A stretch of DNA of 64,000 nt. Source: Amphiscolops sp. MND2022. Its lineage: Eukaryota. The DNA lies in NCBI GenBank assembly GCA_964187785.1, contig OZ076410.1, forward strand, positions 71,672,001 through 71,736,000, in the 5' to 3' direction. Below are positions 62,233 to 64,000 of this stretch, one piece after another. The translations under genes were made by a program, and so were the position numbers. Below the pieces are notes generated by a model. It made no database searches. It had not been told where the DNA came from and worked only from the letters and a program-made list of their open reading frames with translations. The first letter of the stretch is position 1, and each line of letters starts with the position of its first letter.

Positions 62233-63289
62233 CTGAAATAGCAAATAGATGAATTTGATAGCAATAGATTCACAAACATTCTGTCTTTACTGGGGTTACA
62301 TGTCATTTCGTCCCATGCAATTTCAACCGCTGCCATTTCAACATATTACTAGGTGAACAAAAAAAAGGAAAACACAAAATTTTTTGTGTTCTCAAAATGT
62401 CAAATATTTGTCAACAACTTTGAACGCTGAAATTCAGCTTGTCAATAATTCAATTTGACAACATTGCTTTCAAACATTCTAGTATGAAACAACTTCCACA
62501 CATCAGAAGTGCAAACAAAGTGACTGGTAAAGATATCAAGATTTCACTCAGGGTTCAAATCATCTCTTGTTACAGATTTGATAACGTAATGAGAGCTCCG
62601 ATTTCAAAGATTGACTGGACAATTTTCAGAGCCTCGTTTACAAATAATACAATTTTGAAGAGCATGCAATTTCAACCGCTTGCAATTTCAACCGCTGACA
62701 AATTCAACTTATTTTCGAACGTCCTAAAACTTATTGAACATAATCAAAGTGGGGCAAAATAAAAGCACACAAACTGACAAGACACATGGTATTAAACGCA
62801 TTCAAAACGTTCGTTGAACTAAAATTTGCATTGTACGAAAAGGACAGAAAGATGTAATCGTATGAAGCATTGTGAAAATGCATTCAACAACATGCCACAC
62901 GCGATCAAAAACTGACCATCGACGACGTCCATTTAAAAGCGTGAAGATTAGGTGACTGAACATTCGTGATAAGAAATACTTTGGTGAAACGCAATTGAAA
63001 TTCAGTTACAATTAACAACTTAGACAAGTGCTACTCCTTCAAAAGAGTGGTCTGATTCCTCTGTCACGCTCTGGTGGTTTCAAGGACATGGTTCTATTGA
63101 AACTATCCCAGAAGTAAAAATTGAATTGAGTAAAATTCGATTTTCAAATACGCACTCACAAAACAAATGAATCAATTCGAACAAATCAATGCAGCAAAAT
63201 AGATAATTCATTGTTTTCATCTAAAGTTGGCTAGTGCTAGCAAATGAGGCAAGACGTTCTCAAAAATATAGCCGCCTTGTATGACTTGC

Positions 63290-63745
63290 ATCTGGTTTTT
63301 GATTTTTTTTTGCATATAGGGGCCGCTTGGAACAAACAACTCCAGTCGCGGCTTTTTTATTTTAATGTATTTCAATTTCTGCAATTTTGAATCTTTCTCT
63401 AGATTACGTAGAAGCAACCATATGTTTGGTTAGGATCAAGTGAACTAAGCTTGAAGTCCATATTGCCAGCGTTGTTGTCCTTGCCTTGCCACTGCTTCGC
63501 CAGCGGCCTCATACTGGTTCCATTTTTCTATCGGGAAAAGTGCCTTTTTGGTGACTGTGGGGCCCTCTTTATAAATTTTTTTAAAGTAGAGTGCAAGTTC
63601 GTCCACTTTTTTGCTGATACTGTTATCAAACTTCTCTATATCGATGACTTCAAGCATTCGGGAATAGGTTTTTTCTGTTTTGCTGGGTAGCAGCAAATAA
63701 ACACAAGGCGGTGCAAAAACTTTGAACTCAATGTGGATTGGTTAC
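63290..63745 (-). pseudogene. Mutator (MULE) transposase remnant
   Basis: IHIEFKVFAPPCVYLLLPSKTEKTYSRML...FPIEKWNQYE matches the recalled MULE motifs PxVYxLLPxKxxxTY and FPxxxWNxY. Confidence 0.75.
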
Positions 63746-64000
63746 TTGCTTGCTGTGTGGAATGGTTACAATTCAGTTGACTTCGCTATTTATACCACAA
63801 AAACTTTCTAAGTAGTTATCACGTTTCATAGTGTGAAAGATTATTGTTAGTAGCTGGACCTTTTTATAGCTTTACTAATTACAATGAAGACTTTCATAAT
63901 TAGCACTGTTTGAGTGTAATTATGTGGAAGTGTGATAAGTTGAAATTGCCATAGGTTGAAAATGCAAAAGGGTGAAATTGTGAACGGATGCAAGTGCAAG

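Overview
Repeat-dense genomic DNA from an invertebrate animal. The AT-rich composition and LTR families are reminiscent of acoel-type genomes, but the taxon cannot be established from sequence alone. Host genes: the 5' end of MON2 (minus strand, 1-1045, runs off the window, absent from the ORF track) and the last three visible exons of an F5/8C-fucolectin-type domain gene (58300-62232, minus). Most of 2.9-54.8 kb is decayed LTR retrotransposons. (i) Gypsy-1 (2933-~8810), whose LTRs carry a ~197-aa ORF. (ii) A three-level nest: Gypsy-2 (+) holds BEL/Pao-A (-, 13030-29508), which holds BEL/Pao-B (+, 17653-26234, TSD GTGCA). (iii) BEL/Pao-C (43005-54844, TSD TGCGT), whose 5' 2.2 kb has been tandemly amplified. 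LINE fragments, MITEs, a probable SINE and a MULE transposase remnant fill the rest. The two best candidates for undescribed systems are: an SGNH/GDSL-hydrolase-like accessory ORF family found in Gypsy LTRs, in a BEL/Pao leader and in a third fragment; and a spliced antisense gene resembling a disarmed hAT transposase directly downstream of the Gypsy-2 integrase. All translations and alignments were done by eye; no database searches were run.
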